A stretch of DNA of 64,000 nucleotides from Burkholderiaceae bacterium (GCA_004323695.1 SCRU01000078.1:80-64079), one strand, 5' to 3'; counted from the first letter of the stretch, positions 1 through 14,062 are shown. Made by a program: numbers and translations. Notes: a model not told the origin generated them from the letters alone.

Positions 1-2
1 TG

Positions 3-1226
<1,224 letters not shown>

Positions 1227-1227
<1 letters not shown>

Positions 1228-2189
1228 TGCCCAAGACCATCAAAGTCGCACTCGCGGGGGCCGGCGCGTTCGGCATCAAGCACCTGGACGGCATCAAGAA
1301 CATCGACGATGTCGAAGTGGTCTCGCTGGTCAGCCGGGAGCTGGAGAAGACCAGGGAAGTTGCTGCCAAATACGGCATTGGCCACGTAACGACCGATCTG
1401 GCCGACAGCCTCGCGCTGTCCGAGGTGGACGCTGTGATCTTGTGCACGCCTACGCAGATGCACGCCGCGCAAAGCATCGCCTGCCTGAAGGCCGGCAAGC
1501 ATGTGCAATGCGAGATCCCGCTGGCCGACACGCTGGTGGGCGCCCGTGAGGTGGTGGCGCTGCAAAGGCAGACGGGCCTGGTCGCCATGGCCGGCCACAC
1601 GCGCCGCTTCAACCCCAGTCACCAGTATGTGCACAACAGGATTGCGGCCGGCGAGTTCAATATCCAGCAGATGGATGTGCAGACCTATTTCTTCCGCCGC
1701 ACCAACATGAACGCGTTGGGCCAGCCGCGCTCCTGGACCGACCACCTGCTGTGGCACCACGCCGCGCACACGGTGGACCTGTTTGCGTACCAGGCCGGCT
1801 CACCCGTCGTGCAGGCCCATGCCGTGCAGGGCCCGATCCATCCGCAGCTCGGTATCGCGATGGACATGAGCATCCAGCTCAAGGCCGCGAATGGCGCGAT
1901 CTGCACGCTGAGCCTGTCCTTCAACAACGAGGGGCCGCTGGGTACGTTTTTCCGCTACATCGGCGACAGCGCGACCTACATCGCGCGCTATGACGACCTG
2001 TACAACGGCAAGGAAGAGAAAATCGACGTAAGCCGGGTGGCCGTCTCCATGAACGGCATCGAGCTGCAGGACCGCGAGTTTTTTGCCGCCATCATGGAGG
2101 GCCGCGAACCGAACTCCAGCGTGGCGCAGGTGCTGCCGTGCTACCAGGTGCTGGACCAGCTGGAGCGGCAGTTGAACCAAAGCGCCTGA
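1227..2189 (+). CDS. ligC: Gfo/Idh/MocA-type NAD(P) oxidoreductase, likely 4-carboxy-2-hydroxymuconate-6-semialdehyde dehydrogenase (LigC)
   Basis: MPKTIKVALAGAGAFGIKHL Rossmann N-terminus. Its ATG overlaps the ligB stop (TGATG), and it sits directly after ligAB. Confidence 0.75.
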
Positions 2190-2305
2190 AGCCGCGGCTC
2201 GGTCACACGCCGGGCAAAATGGGGTCAGAGCACATCGCCGCTGCGCGACGAGTGATCCGACCCCATTTTGCAGATCCCCATTCGCGCTCCACGAGGAAAC
2301 CCGCC

Positions 2306-3319
2306 ATGCAACAACGCCAACTCGGCCCCTTCACCGTCTCCGCCATCGGCCTGGGCTGCATGAACATCTGCCATGCCTACGGCACGCCGCTGGCGCCCGA
2401 GCAGGCCGAGCGCTTGCTGCTGGCCGCGCTGGACGCGGGCGTGACTCATTTCGACACCGCGGCGTTGTACGGTTTCGGCGCCAGCGAAACGCTGGTCGGC
2501 CGCGCGCTGTCGCCGCACCGCGGCCGCTTCACGCTGGCCAGCAAATGCGGCATGACGGTGGAGACTGGCGACGGCACCATCCAGCCGCCGCGGGTAATCG
2601 ACGGCCGGCCCGAATCACTGCGCGCTACCTGCGAGGGCTCCCTGCGGCGGCTGAAGACCGACGTGATCGATCTTTACTACCTGCACCGCTGGGACAAGAA
2701 GGTGCCCATTGAAGACAGCATGGGCGCGCTCGCCGACCTGGTGCGCGCCGGCAAGATCCGCACCATCGGCCTCTCCGAGGTATCGGCCGCCACGCTGCGC
2801 CGTGCGCATGCCGTGCATCCCGTCACCGCGTTGCAGACCGAGTATTCGCTGTGGACGCGCAACCCCGAGATCGCCGTGCTCGACGCGTGCCGCGAACTGG
2901 GCGTGAGCTTCGTCGCCTTCAGCCCGGTGGCGCGTGGCTTCCTGGCCGGCGCGCTGCCTGACCAGGCGGCTGTCGATGCACTGCCCGAGAAAGACATCCG
3001 TCGCCCGATGCCGCGCTTCGCGCCCGAGCATTTCGAGCGCAACCTGGTGCTGCTGGAAGGCTTCAAGGCCATCGCCGCCGAGGTCGGCTGCACTGCGGCG
3101 CAGCTCGCCCTGGCATGGCTGCTGCATCAGGGCCAAGATATCCTGCCGATTCCCGGCACCCGCTCCGTCGCCCACCTGAGCGAGAACCTGGGTGCGGCCG
3201 GGGTGCGGCTTGCCGCCGACGTGCTGGCGCGGCTCGGCGCTCTTGTCAACACCGGCACCGTCAGCGGCAACCGGTACGCCGAGCAGGCGCGCGCCGAGGT
3301 CGATACCGAGACTTTCTGA
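2306..3319 (+). CDS. aldo/keto reductase family oxidoreductase
   Basis: MQQRQLGPFTVSAIGLGCMNICHAYG...THFDTAALYG...IDLYYLHRWD are AKR motifs. GAGGAA lies upstream of the ATG at 2306. The long N-terminal part of track ORF 2138.. was rejected. Confidence 0.85.
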   Translation: MQQRQLGPFTVSAIGLGCMNICHAYGTPLAPEQAERLLLAALDAGVTHFDTAALYGFGASETLVGRALSPHRGRFTLASKCGMTVETGDGTIQPPRVIDGRPESLRATCEGSLRRLKTDVIDLYYLHRWDKKVPIEDSMGALADLVRAGKIRTIGLSEVSAATLRRAHAVHPVTALQTEYSLWTRNPEIAVLDACRELGVSFVAFSPVARGFLAGALPDQAAVDALPEKDIRRPMPRFAPEHFERNLVLLEGFKAIAAEVGCTAAQLALAWLLHQGQDILPIPGTRSVAHLSENLGAAGVRLAADVLARLGALVNTGTVSGNRYAEQARAEVDTETF

Positions 3320-3468
3320 TCCGGCGCACGGCCGCATGCGCGATGCGAAGACGCTCGAATGAGCAGGCCTGCTAAGCTGGCGACCGCGAGCCGCCGGGCC
3401 CCGGCGGCGGCACTGTCCAGGCGCGATCCGCTCCGTGTGGCGGATCGCATCGATGAAGGAGTTTGTTC

Positions 3469-3798
3469 ATGACCCCGTATTTATCTTCCCTGCGCCTGCT
3501 GACCGCCGCGTCGGTCATCGCGTCGGCGCTGTACGGCCTCTCCATGCCCGTGCATGCTGCGGACCAGAGTGAGGTCCGGCCGGCCGGACCAGCCTGGTTG
3601 CAGAAGGCCGAGCGAAAAATCGACAAGGGCGCGAGGCCAGTGACGCGGGCGATCGGCAGGGGTGGCGCGGCGGTTGGCCGAGCCACCGAGCGCGGAGCGC
3701 ATGCCGTGAAGCGCGGCAGCGACAAGATGGGCGCGAAGATGCACGAGAAGCTGCCGCAGGGCCACAAGCCGCCGAACGTGCGCAGCAATCTCGACTAG
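3469..3798 (+). CDS. small secreted basic protein, function unknown
   Basis: GAAGGAG at 3455-3461 lies 7 nt before the ATG at 3469. The N-terminus looks like a signal peptide (LLTAASVIASALYGLSMPVHAAD). No family was recognised. Confidence 0.55.
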   Translation: MTPYLSSLRLLTAASVIASALYGLSMPVHAADQSEVRPAGPAWLQKAERKIDKGARPVTRAIGRGGAAVGRATERGAHAVKRGSDKMGAKMHEKLPQGHKPPNVRSNLD

Positions 3799-3861
3799 AA
3801 GGCGAGCTGAAGAGCGCGCTGGGTCAACGCTGGTCCGCCTTGCGGCTGCCTGCACGGCCCG

Positions 3862-4248
3862 TCACCAGGGCAGCGGCATCACCCGGTCGTTGGCGTCGAA
3901 TACGACGACCGGAGCCGCTGCGAACACGCCGGTAATTTCCATCGGTTCAGATCCCACGTTGAAGATCTGGTGCGGCACATTGCGCGGCAGCAAAACGCTG
4001 CTGTGCGGCCCGAAGCGATGCACCTTGCCGTTCATGTGCACCTCGCCGCGGCCCGCATGGCACAGCACGACTTCTTCGGTGTCATGGCGGTGCGGCGGGG
4101 TGGCGGCACCCGGCGCCAGCGTCTGGCGCCACACCGACAGTTGGTCCAGCCCATGCTCATGGCCGGCTAGCGTGCGGTGCTGCAGGCCAGGCAGCTCTGC
4201 CGAGGGCATTTTCGCGTGCTCGATGACGGTACAGGTGGATGCGTTCAT
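3862..4248 (-). CDS. cupin domain protein
   Basis: PHRHDTEEVVLCHAGRGEVHMNGKVHRFGPHSSVLLPRNVPHQIFN carries cupin motifs 1 and 2. The start was set at the internal ATG (MNAST). Divergent from a LysR gene. Confidence 0.75.
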   Translation of the reverse strand: MNASTCTVIEHAKMPSAELPGLQHRTLAGHEHGLDQLSVWRQTLAPGAATPPHRHDTEEVVLCHAGRGEVHMNGKVHRFGPHSSVLLPRNVPHQIFNVGSEPMEITGVFAAAPVVVFDANDRVMPLPW

Positions 4249-4397
4249 GTCGATGACTCCTTGCAGATGGCGTTGGACAAAGGCCGCACCGGCACAGAGT
4301 GGGGCGGCGGAGTCCAGTATCCGGCCGCGCCTCGGGATTCGGAAGAGGGCGCAATGACTTAACATTAGCGACAATTCTTCGTCAATCAAAAATCATC

Positions 4398-5333
4398 ATG
4401 CAAGGTCTGCAGCAGTTTCTTGCGTTTGCCGAAACGGCCAAGCACGGCAGTTTCGCAGCGGCCGCGCGCGAGTTGGGGAGCGCGCCGTCAACTCTGGCGA
4501 AAGCGGTTGCGCGGCTGGAAGAGTCGCTGGCCGTCAGGCTGTTCTTCCGGACCACACGGCAGGTGAGCCTGACACCTGATGGCGAGCGGCTCTATCAGCG
4601 TTGCCAGCGCATCCTCTCCGAGATCGAGGACCTGCACGCCGATGCCGCCGGTGCACGCGCGACCGTGACCGGCACCTTGCGAATCGACCTGCCGATCGTG
4701 TATGGCCGGCGTATTCTGCTGCCGGTGCTGGCGCGGCTGAAAAGGCAGTACGCGGGGCTGGAACTCGACGTGCGGCTGCAGGATGGCTATGTCGATCTGG
4801 TCAAGGACGGCATTGACCTGGCTGTGCGCGTGGGGGCACTGCAGGATTCGTCGCTGGTAGGGCGGCGTTTTGCCAGCCAGACCCTGCTGCTGGTGGCCAG
4901 TCCGCCCTACCTTGCAGCGCATGGCAATCCGGCCTCGCTGCGCGCGCTGGAGCGGCACGCGGCAATCCTCTTTCGCATGCCGACCAGCGGGCGCGACCGG
5001 CCGTGGCAGTTTGTGCAGCGCGGGCGCGCGGCGACGCTGCGCCCGCGCGCCGGGACTCGTCTGAATGATGGTGAAGGCATGGTGCATGCGGCCCAGCTGG
5101 GCCTGGGGCTGGCCCAGTTGCCCGACTACATGGTGGCGCAGGAACTTCGGGACGGCAGCCTGGTGGAGGTGCTGCCGTCTCTGCGTCCGCAGGCCATGCC
5201 CATCAGTGTCGTGTATCCCTCGCAGCGCCTGGTGCCGCTGCGTGTGAGGGTGGTGACGGAGGCATTCCTGAGCCTGTCGCGGCTTGGGGCCGATGGAGTT
5301 CCCCGATCTGCCGGGTCGATCAGCGATGCCTGA
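4398..5333 (+). CDS. LysR-family transcriptional regulator
   Basis: MQGLQQFLAFAETAKHGSFAAAARELGSAPSTLAKAVARLEESLAVRLFFRTTRQVSLTPDG is the LysR HTH, followed by a typical substrate-binding domain. Confidence 0.9.
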   Translation: MQGLQQFLAFAETAKHGSFAAAARELGSAPSTLAKAVARLEESLAVRLFFRTTRQVSLTPDGERLYQRCQRILSEIEDLHADAAGARATVTGTLRIDLPIVYGRRILLPVLARLKRQYAGLELDVRLQDGYVDLVKDGIDLAVRVGALQDSSLVGRRFASQTLLLVASPPYLAAHGNPASLRALERHAAILFRMPTSGRDRPWQFVQRGRAATLRPRAGTRLNDGEGMVHAAQLGLGLAQLPDYMVAQELRDGSLVEVLPSLRPQAMPISVVYPSQRLVPLRVRVVTEAFLSLSRLGADGVPRSAGSISDA

Positions 5334-5479
5334 ACGGGGAACAGTCTTCCAATGTGAATTCAAGGTGCTATTTTTAACATAGCTTAAAATCTATTACTGG
5401 TGGCGGTTAAAGGCCGATTTCGTTGATAACTCCGGTGAGTGTCATCGTCCGGCAAGGTTCTGCCGTTATAAAGGGAGTC

Positions 5480-6232
5480 ATGCAATCCCCGACCCGATCC
5501 CTGAATCTTTCCGGTGCCAGCAACTTCCGCGACCTGGGCGGCTACGGCGCCGCGAATGGCCGGCCCGTGCGCTGGCGCCGGCTGTTCCGCTCGGACCATC
5601 TGGCGGCGCTCACGCCGCAGGATCGGGCGGTGCTGTCCACGCTGGGGCTCAAGCGCGCCTACGATTTGCGCGGCGACGCCGAGCGCACGGCGCTGCCCTA
5701 CGAACTGCCGGGCGTCGCCGTGCATGCGCTGCCGATCGAGCCGACGGTGCTGCAGGCCATGAAGGATCTGCTGGAGTCCGGCCACCGGGTCACGGTCCAG
5801 GACACGGTGGGCTTGATGCAGCAGACCTACCGCGCCTTCGTGCATGACAACGCGGCGCGTTTTTCCGAACTGTTCGGCCACCTGCTCGAGAGCGATGCGC
5901 CGCTGGTGTTCCACTGCACGGCCGGCAAGGACCGCACCGGCTTTGGGGCCGCAATGATCCTGCTCGCGCTGGGCGTGCCGCGCACGGTGGTGATGCAGGA
6001 CTACCTGCTCACCAACGAGCTGTTTCAGATGCCGCGCCCGGCGGCGGGCGGCCTGGCGCCGCAAGAGGTGCTGGACGTGCTGTGGCGTGTGCAGCCCGAC
6101 TTTCTGGATGCGGCGCTGCACACTGTCGAGGCTGATTACGGCGGCGTGTCGCCCTACCTGGAGAAGGCGCTGGGCGTGGGACCGAAGGAGCGCGAGCGGC
6201 TGGCGGAGTTGTATCTGCAGCCGCCGGGCTAG
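5480..6232 (+). CDS. protein tyrosine/serine phosphatase (Y_phosphatase3-like)
   Basis: NFRDLGG motif and the CX5R active site HCTAGKDRTG. AAGGGAG RBS before the ATG at 5480. Confidence 0.8.
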   Translation: MQSPTRSLNLSGASNFRDLGGYGAANGRPVRWRRLFRSDHLAALTPQDRAVLSTLGLKRAYDLRGDAERTALPYELPGVAVHALPIEPTVLQAMKDLLESGHRVTVQDTVGLMQQTYRAFVHDNAARFSELFGHLLESDAPLVFHCTAGKDRTGFGAAMILLALGVPRTVVMQDYLLTNELFQMPRPAAGGLAPQEVLDVLWRVQPDFLDAALHTVEADYGGVSPYLEKALGVGPKERERLAELYLQPPG

Positions 6233-6245
6233 ATGCGGCGCCGAG

Positions 6246-6893
6246 TTAGCCGGCGTTGCGCCGGGCCGCCAGCGCCGTCGGATTGAGCGTGGGCTCCGCG
6301 ATCTTGCGCAGCCGGTTGCGATCGGTGTGGTGAAACGGCTCGGTCTGGCCAGGGATGGTCAGCAGCGTGTTCTGCTCGTACGACCACGTGCCATCCGCGT
6401 GGATGTCGACCTTGATCGTGTAGCGGTCCGTGCGAAACGCCTGCTCCAGAAAAGGATTGGAGACGATGCCGTTGGTGAGCGAACCGCGCACCGCCTCGAG
6501 CGTGAATGACGTCGCATCGGGGGCGGCCTGGCCAACGGCCATTGCGGTCTGGCCTCGCGGAATCGACAGCGTCAGCAGCAGCGCGTGGGTGGCCGGCTCC
6601 CACAGCCAGAAGCCGACCTGGTCGTGAAAAGTCTCCGGATCATCCGGCTTGAAAATCTGCGTGTGATAGCGCAGCCCGTAGAAGAGCTGCGGCCCGTTGG
6701 TCTGGGCGTCGATCGGCTGAAGTTCGTAGCGCTCGATATACCGCTGGTGTTCGGGGCCGCCCGCCTTGGGGCTGACGTCTTCGCCAACGGCGCTGGACCA
6801 GATGCCGGCCATGCCGGTCAGCGGCCCGAGGTGGGCCAGCGTGTTGGCATCCGGTTCGGCTTCCGTGTAGATGTCCGCGGGATAGTGATGCAT
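6246..6893 (-). CDS. heme-binding beta-barrel (nitrobindin/THAP4-like, DUF1794) domain protein
   Basis: 215-aa ORF with normal amino-acid composition. LGPLTGMAGIWSS and the barrel-like pattern resemble nitrobindin-type proteins. The assignment is from memory only. Confidence 0.45.
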   Translation of the reverse strand: MHHYPADIYTEAEPDANTLAHLGPLTGMAGIWSSAVGEDVSPKAGGPEHQRYIERYELQPIDAQTNGPQLFYGLRYHTQIFKPDDPETFHDQVGFWLWEPATHALLLTLSIPRGQTAMAVGQAAPDATSFTLEAVRGSLTNGIVSNPFLEQAFRTDRYTIKVDIHADGTWSYEQNTLLTIPGQTEPFHHTDRNRLRKIAEPTLNPTALAARRNAG

Positions 6894-6911
6894 GAGGACT
6901 CCAGGCGACGA

Positions 6912-7331
<420 letters not shown>

Positions 7332-7385
7332 GTTGTCATCATGGATGTTTCAGATGTTTTTCATTTGCAAGGCGGTGGAGAATTG

Positions 7386-7763
7386 TTAGACGTATTTGAT
7401 AAGTAGGTCACCATACCCCCAAACAAGTGCGCCCCAAATTGCAATGATCGCGATAACCCACGATAGAACGTAATGGTGAGCTTTGAAAAGATGGTAGAGC
7501 GACCACGACTCCGCAAACGTGTCGCCTCGAATGGATTCCAGAAAACTACCGATCCGGTATTGTGCAAAAGAAGCGAAAACAGAAGTGATTGCACCGCTTC
7601 GTTGGAACCAAGATGCGAGTGTTTCGGAGCTTGGGCGAAGCGATGAACAGAAGGACAGGAGTTCGACGGCAATTGCTGATATGCAGAGAAAGACGATCAG
7701 GCACAGCTCAATCCGAAGTTTTGTAGTGGCCATAGTTGGCATTGTGCGAGCGTCTAATGTCAC
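7386..7763 (-). CDS. hypothetical small membrane protein (two predicted TM helices), low-GC orphan
   Basis: The ORF has an N-terminal hydrophobic helix ([19 protein letters not shown]) and a C-terminal one ([20 protein letters not shown]). GC is clearly lower than the flanks. The GTG start overlaps the upstream stop (GTGA); alternative ATGs lie at 7742 and 7733. Confidence 0.5.
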   Translation of the reverse strand: MTLDARTMPTMATTKLRIELCLIVFLCISAIAVELLSFCSSLRPSSETLASWFQRSGAITSVFASFAQYRIGSFLESIRGDTFAESWSLYHLFKAHHYVLSWVIAIIAIWGALVWGYGDLLIKYV

Positions 7764-8449
7764 GCCGGCTCCAGCCCGTTGCGCCGCTTGACCCCGGCGG
7801 CGGCGGGCGAGGTCATGAAGTCCAGCAGCGCGCGCACGGCCTGCGCCTGCGTCGACGTAACCGACAGCCCTGCCGAGAAGATGGTGGTGATCTGGATCGC
7901 CGCCGGCAGCGGCCCCAGCACGGCGATGCCGTCCTGGTGGATCAACTCGCTCAGTTGCTGGAACCCGAGCTCGACCTCGCCGCTGGCCACCAGCGAGCCC
8001 ACCGGCACGCCGGGTGGCGCCTGCACGATGCGGCTCCGGATGGCGTCGGCGATGCCCCAGCGCTCGAACAGCTTGGCCAGGTGCACCCCGCTGGGACCGG
8101 TCGAGTAGCCCAGGCTGCGCGCCGCCAGCACGGCGGCCCGCACGGCTTCTTCGGATGCGATGTCGGGCCGCGCCGCGCCGGCCCGCACCGCGACGGAGAC
8201 GCCGGAATGGACCAGGTCGACGCGACTGCCGGGCACGATCCTGCCGGCTTGCGTCAGCTGCTCGATCGCGTTGGCCGCGAGGATGACCACGTCGAATGCC
8301 TCGCCGGCCTGCACGCGCCGCGCAGCGTCCACGCCGCCGACCGACTCCACGGACACCTGCTGCGCCGAGGTCTGCTGGAATTGCGCAACGAGCTCGGCCA
8401 GGACCTGGCGGGTTGCCATCGAGGAAATGATGCTGATCGTGGATGCCAT
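7760..8449 (-). CDS. periplasmic-binding-protein-like (ModA/PBP2-type) domain protein without a signal peptide
   Basis: MASTISIISSMATRQVLAELV...GEAFDVVILAANAIEQL...VELGFQQLSEL resembles molybdate/anion-binding fold proteins. The start was set at ATG 8449, which has a GGGGGA RBS. Confidence 0.65.
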   Translation of the reverse strand: MASTISIISSMATRQVLAELVAQFQQTSAQQVSVESVGGVDAARRVQAGEAFDVVILAANAIEQLTQAGRIVPGSRVDLVHSGVSVAVRAGAARPDIASEEAVRAAVLAARSLGYSTGPSGVHLAKLFERWGIADAIRSRIVQAPPGVPVGSLVASGEVELGFQQLSELIHQDGIAVLGPLPAAIQITTIFSAGLSVTSTQAQAVRALLDFMTSPAAAGVKRRNGLEPA

Positions 8450-8584
8450 GGAAATCCCCCGGATGCGTTGCGGGCTGGAGCGCGCCCGACCCGAAAGCGA
8501 TGATTTAAGCACAGCACGCGGGCACCCCGTAGCCTGGGAAAGGACACCGTCGTTATAGTGACGCCACGGTGAAGGAGACGGCTT

Positions 8585-9472
8585 ATGCGACTTCGTGTGC
8601 TCTACCTGGCGGCGACTTTGCTGGTGCTGGGCTGCGCCGGGCCACCGGTTCCGTCATCGCACCCGCAGGTCCAGCCCGAAGTGGCCCGCCTGCCGCTGTT
8701 GATCGACGGCAAGCTCACCGAGGTGGTCGCGGACCTCTACAAGCCACCCGGCGCGGGCCCGTTTCCGCTGGTGATCTTCTCGCACGGCCGGCCGGGCTCG
8801 CGCGAGCGGGCCCGATTGCGGCACCCGATCACGATCGACCACGGCAACTACTGGCTGCGCCAGGGCGTGGCCGTGGTGGCGCCGCAGCGGCCCGGCTACG
8901 GCGAGACCGGCGGTGTGGACGTGGAAGATTCCGGGGCGGACTGGCACGGCGCGCAATGCCGGGGCGACCCGGACTACACCCGCACGGCGGACCATGCGCG
9001 TCGCACGGTGCTGGCAACCTACGAATGGGCGCTGCGCCAGCCTTGGGTGCGCAAGGACCGCATCCTGCTGGAGGGGCAATCGGTGGGCGGGATGACCACG
9101 ATTGCCGCCGCGGCGCTGAACCTGCCCGGCGTCGTCGGCGCGGTGAATTTCTCGGGCGGCGTCGGTGGCAACCCCCATACCTCGCCAGGCAAAAGCTGCA
9201 AGCCGGAGCTTGTGACCGACGCCTACCGCCGGTTCGGCCTGCAGGCCAGGGTGCCGACCCTGTGGCTGTACGCGCGCAACGACCAGCATTGGGGGCCGAC
9301 GATGCCGATGATCTGGTTTGACGCCTATCAGGCCGGCGGCAGCGATTCCGAGTTCGTGATGACCGCTCCCGTGCCGGGCCACGACGGGCACCAGTTGCTG
9401 CGCTACGGTGAGCCGATGTGGCGGGCGCCGCTGGAAGCCTTTATCAAAAGGGTGGGGCTGCTCTCGCCCTGA
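8585..9472 (+). CDS. lipoprotein, alpha/beta (dienelactone-type) hydrolase
   Basis: Lipobox LLVLGC at the N-terminus, a GQSVGG nucleophile elbow and a C-terminal HDGH. Confidence 0.7.
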   Translation: MRLRVLYLAATLLVLGCAGPPVPSSHPQVQPEVARLPLLIDGKLTEVVADLYKPPGAGPFPLVIFSHGRPGSRERARLRHPITIDHGNYWLRQGVAVVAPQRPGYGETGGVDVEDSGADWHGAQCRGDPDYTRTADHARRTVLATYEWALRQPWVRKDRILLEGQSVGGMTTIAAAALNLPGVVGAVNFSGGVGGNPHTSPGKSCKPELVTDAYRRFGLQARVPTLWLYARNDQHWGPTMPMIWFDAYQAGGSDSEFVMTAPVPGHDGHQLLRYGEPMWRAPLEAFIKRVGLLSP

Positions 9473-9637
9473 AGCGTTTTGCCCTTGAACAGTTTGCGAA
9501 ATTTATCAAAAAAATAGCAAACTACCGTTGTTATACAAGGGCTTGGGCCGCTTTTCATTCATGGATCCCGGGTCAAGCCCGGGATGACAGCAGGCGGCGC
9601 GGGGGAACGGCTGGTTGACCGCCGCCGCAGTGGCCGA

Positions 9638-11929
<2,292 letters not shown>

Positions 11930-12172
11930 GAATAGACCTCTGGGCTTCAAGGCAGGACAAACGTGCGCCGAAACTTGCCGGCGCGGGCTACGTGACGACG
12001 GGCCAGGCCCGCGGACGTTCTCTTCAGCAAGATGTCTGGGCGAACATTTGGTGTGCAGTCCTTGCGGGAGATTGGCGGGTCGTGCGCGCTGGCATCGGTT
12101 GGCCGGGTCCGGAGGTACTGCTGTCGCTCTTGCTATCAGTCAAGCCTTACATTATACCGCGATGGCCGTTTT

Positions 12173-14062
12173 TCAAGGCCCGGCACTGTCGCTTTTCGCC
12201 TTGCCGAGGGCGAGACGCTGATACTGCAACCGGCGATAGCGCTCCAGGTCGTTGGCGGCCAATGCCTCGTTCTCTTGCCGCATGTAGCGGTCGGCCAGCA
12301 TCCGGTCGAGCAGGCCGCGCAGCTCGCCGGCCGTGTCGCCTGGCTCGGGCTCGTGCGCGAGAGGAACCTCGACGCCGGCCGTGGCCCGCAAGGCCAGCGC
12401 CTCGCTTTCATGTTCGCGCAAGCCCTCGCGCAGGGCCGCCCAGGGCTGTGCGCCGTGCTCGTGCAACTGGCCCTCCAGCCAGACGAACAGCGGGCCGTAC
12501 GGGGCCGGCAGCTCGCACAGCAGGCTGCGGTCTTCGTTCGACAGGCCGTCCCAGGCCGTCATGTGCGTGAGCAGAATGCGCGCCGCAATGTCGGCGCGGC
12601 TGGCCGGCACCGCGCGCGCGCGGGATGCGTAGTTTGATGACAATTCAGTGTCGTATCCCATACCGGATATGCTCTGATAGCTATTGTTTTTATAGTTCTT
12701 GCCCACGTGGCGGGCATTGCCCTGACCTGACGTGGGCGGGCCGTTCCAGACCTCGCTCAGTTCCCGGCTGTTCAGTTGCACGAGCCCGGCGATCTCGCCC
12801 AGCAGCTGGCGCCTGAGCGCGCCTTCGGGCAGCAGGCTCCACAGCGGCCTGGCGTTGCTCGCGAGGTGTGCGCGGCCCTCGGCGCTGCCCAGGTCGCAGC
12901 CGTCGCGCGCGGCTTCGATCAGGAATCGCGATAGCGGCGTGGCCTCGGCGACGCAGCGCGCAAACGCGTCCTTGCCGAAAGTGCGGATGTAGCTGTCCGG
13001 ATCGTGCTCGGGCGGCAGGAACAGGAACTTGACGCTGCGCACGTCGCTGGCATAGGGCAGGGCGCCGTCCAGCGCCTTGCGCGCGGCGCGCCGGCCGGCG
13101 GCATCGCCGTCGAAGCTGAACACCACCGCGTCGGTGAAGCGAAACAGCTTTTGCACGTGGTCGGTGGTGCAGGCCGTGCCCAGCGTGGCCACCGCGTTGG
13201 GAAAACCCAGTTGCGCGAGCGCCACCACGTCCATGTAGCCTTCCGTCACGAGCACATAGCCGTGCTCGCGCAGGGCATGGCGCGCCTCGAACAGTCCGTA
13301 CAGCTCGCGCCCCTTGCTGAACACGGGGGTTTCGGGCGAGTTGAGGTACTTTGGCGTGCCTTCATCGAGCACGCGTCCGCCGAAGCCAATGCATTCGCCC
13401 TTGACATTGCGGATCGGGAACATCACGCGGTCACGGAAGCGGTCGTAGCGCTTTTTCTCGCCTGTGTCCTCGTCGATGCTGGCGATCACCAGACCGCTCT
13501 CGGCCAGCAGCGGGTCGTCGTAACTGGGGAACACACCGGCCAGCGTACGCCAGCCCTCGGGCGCGTAGCCCAGGCCGAACTGCCGGGCGATCTCGCCTGA
13601 CAGGCCGCGGCCCTTGAGGTAGTCCACCGCCCTGGATGAGTTTTTCAGGTGCTTTTTGTAGGCGTCGCCGGCCTTCTCCAGCACGTCGCAAAGCGTGGCC
13701 TGCTTTTGCCGCTGTTCGCTGGCGCGTGCGCGCTCCTGGGGCGAGACGTCGTCTTCGGGCACCTGCATGCCGTATTGCTGCGCGAGGTCCTTCACGGCTT
13801 CGACAAAGTTCATGCCCGCGTGCTCCATCAGAAAGCCGATCGCGTTGCCGTTCTTGCCGCAGCCAAAGCAATGGTAGAACTGTTTGCTCGGGCTCACGCT
13901 GAAGGACGGTGATTTTTCGGCGTGAAACGGGCACAGCCCCATGAAATTGGCGCCGCCCTTCTTGAGCTGCACGTAGCGGCCGATGATCTCCACCACGTCG
14001 GCGCGCGCCAGAAGCTCCTGGATGAAAGACTGGGGAATGGACACCCGGGTATTTTCACCCAT
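12173..14062 (-). CDS. dnaG: DNA primase DnaG
   Basis: Zinc ribbon CPFHAEKSPSFSVSPSKQFYHCFGCGKNG, TOPRIM domain EGYMDVVAL...FDGDAAG, and a position upstream of rpoD. The start is uncertain: ATG 14062 was chosen, GTG 14044 (VSIPQSF) is plausible, and ATG 14143 would overlap the divergent gene. Confidence 0.9.
   Translation of the reverse strand: MGENTRVSIPQSFIQELLARADVVEIIGRYVQLKKGGANFMGLCPFHAEKSPSFSVSPSKQFYHCFGCGKNGNAIGFLMEHAGMNFVEAVKDLAQQYGMQVPEDDVSPQERARASEQRQKQATLCDVLEKAGDAYKKHLKNSSRAVDYLKGRGLSGEIARQFGLGYAPEGWRTLAGVFPSYDDPLLAESGLVIASIDEDTGEKKRYDRFRDRVMFPIRNVKGECIGFGGRVLDEGTPKYLNSPETPVFSKGRELYGLFEARHALREHGYVLVTEGYMDVVALAQLGFPNAVATLGTACTTDHVQKLFRFTDAVVFSFDGDAAGRRAARKALDGALPYASDVRSVKFLFLPPEHDPDSYIRTFGKDAFARCVAEATPLSRFLIEAARDGCDLGSAEGRAHLASNARPLWSLLPEGALRRQLLGEIAGLVQLNSRELSEVWNGPPTSGQGNARHVGKNYKNNSYQSISGMGYDTELSSNYASRARAVPASRADIAARILLTHMTAWDGLSNEDRSLLCELPAPYGPLFVWLEGQLHEHGAQPWAALREGLREHESEALALRATAGVEVPLAHEPEPGDTAGELRGLLDRMLADRYMRQENEALAANDLERYRRLQYQRLALGKAKSDSAGP

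Noticed and set aside
12151-12176. TTGAAA ... TATAAT on the minus strand at the dnaG stop, as a possible rpoD promoter
   Set aside because: The -10 is a perfect TATAAT but the spacer to TTGAAA is only 14 nt, outside the functional 16-18 nt range. It is not reported as a feature.
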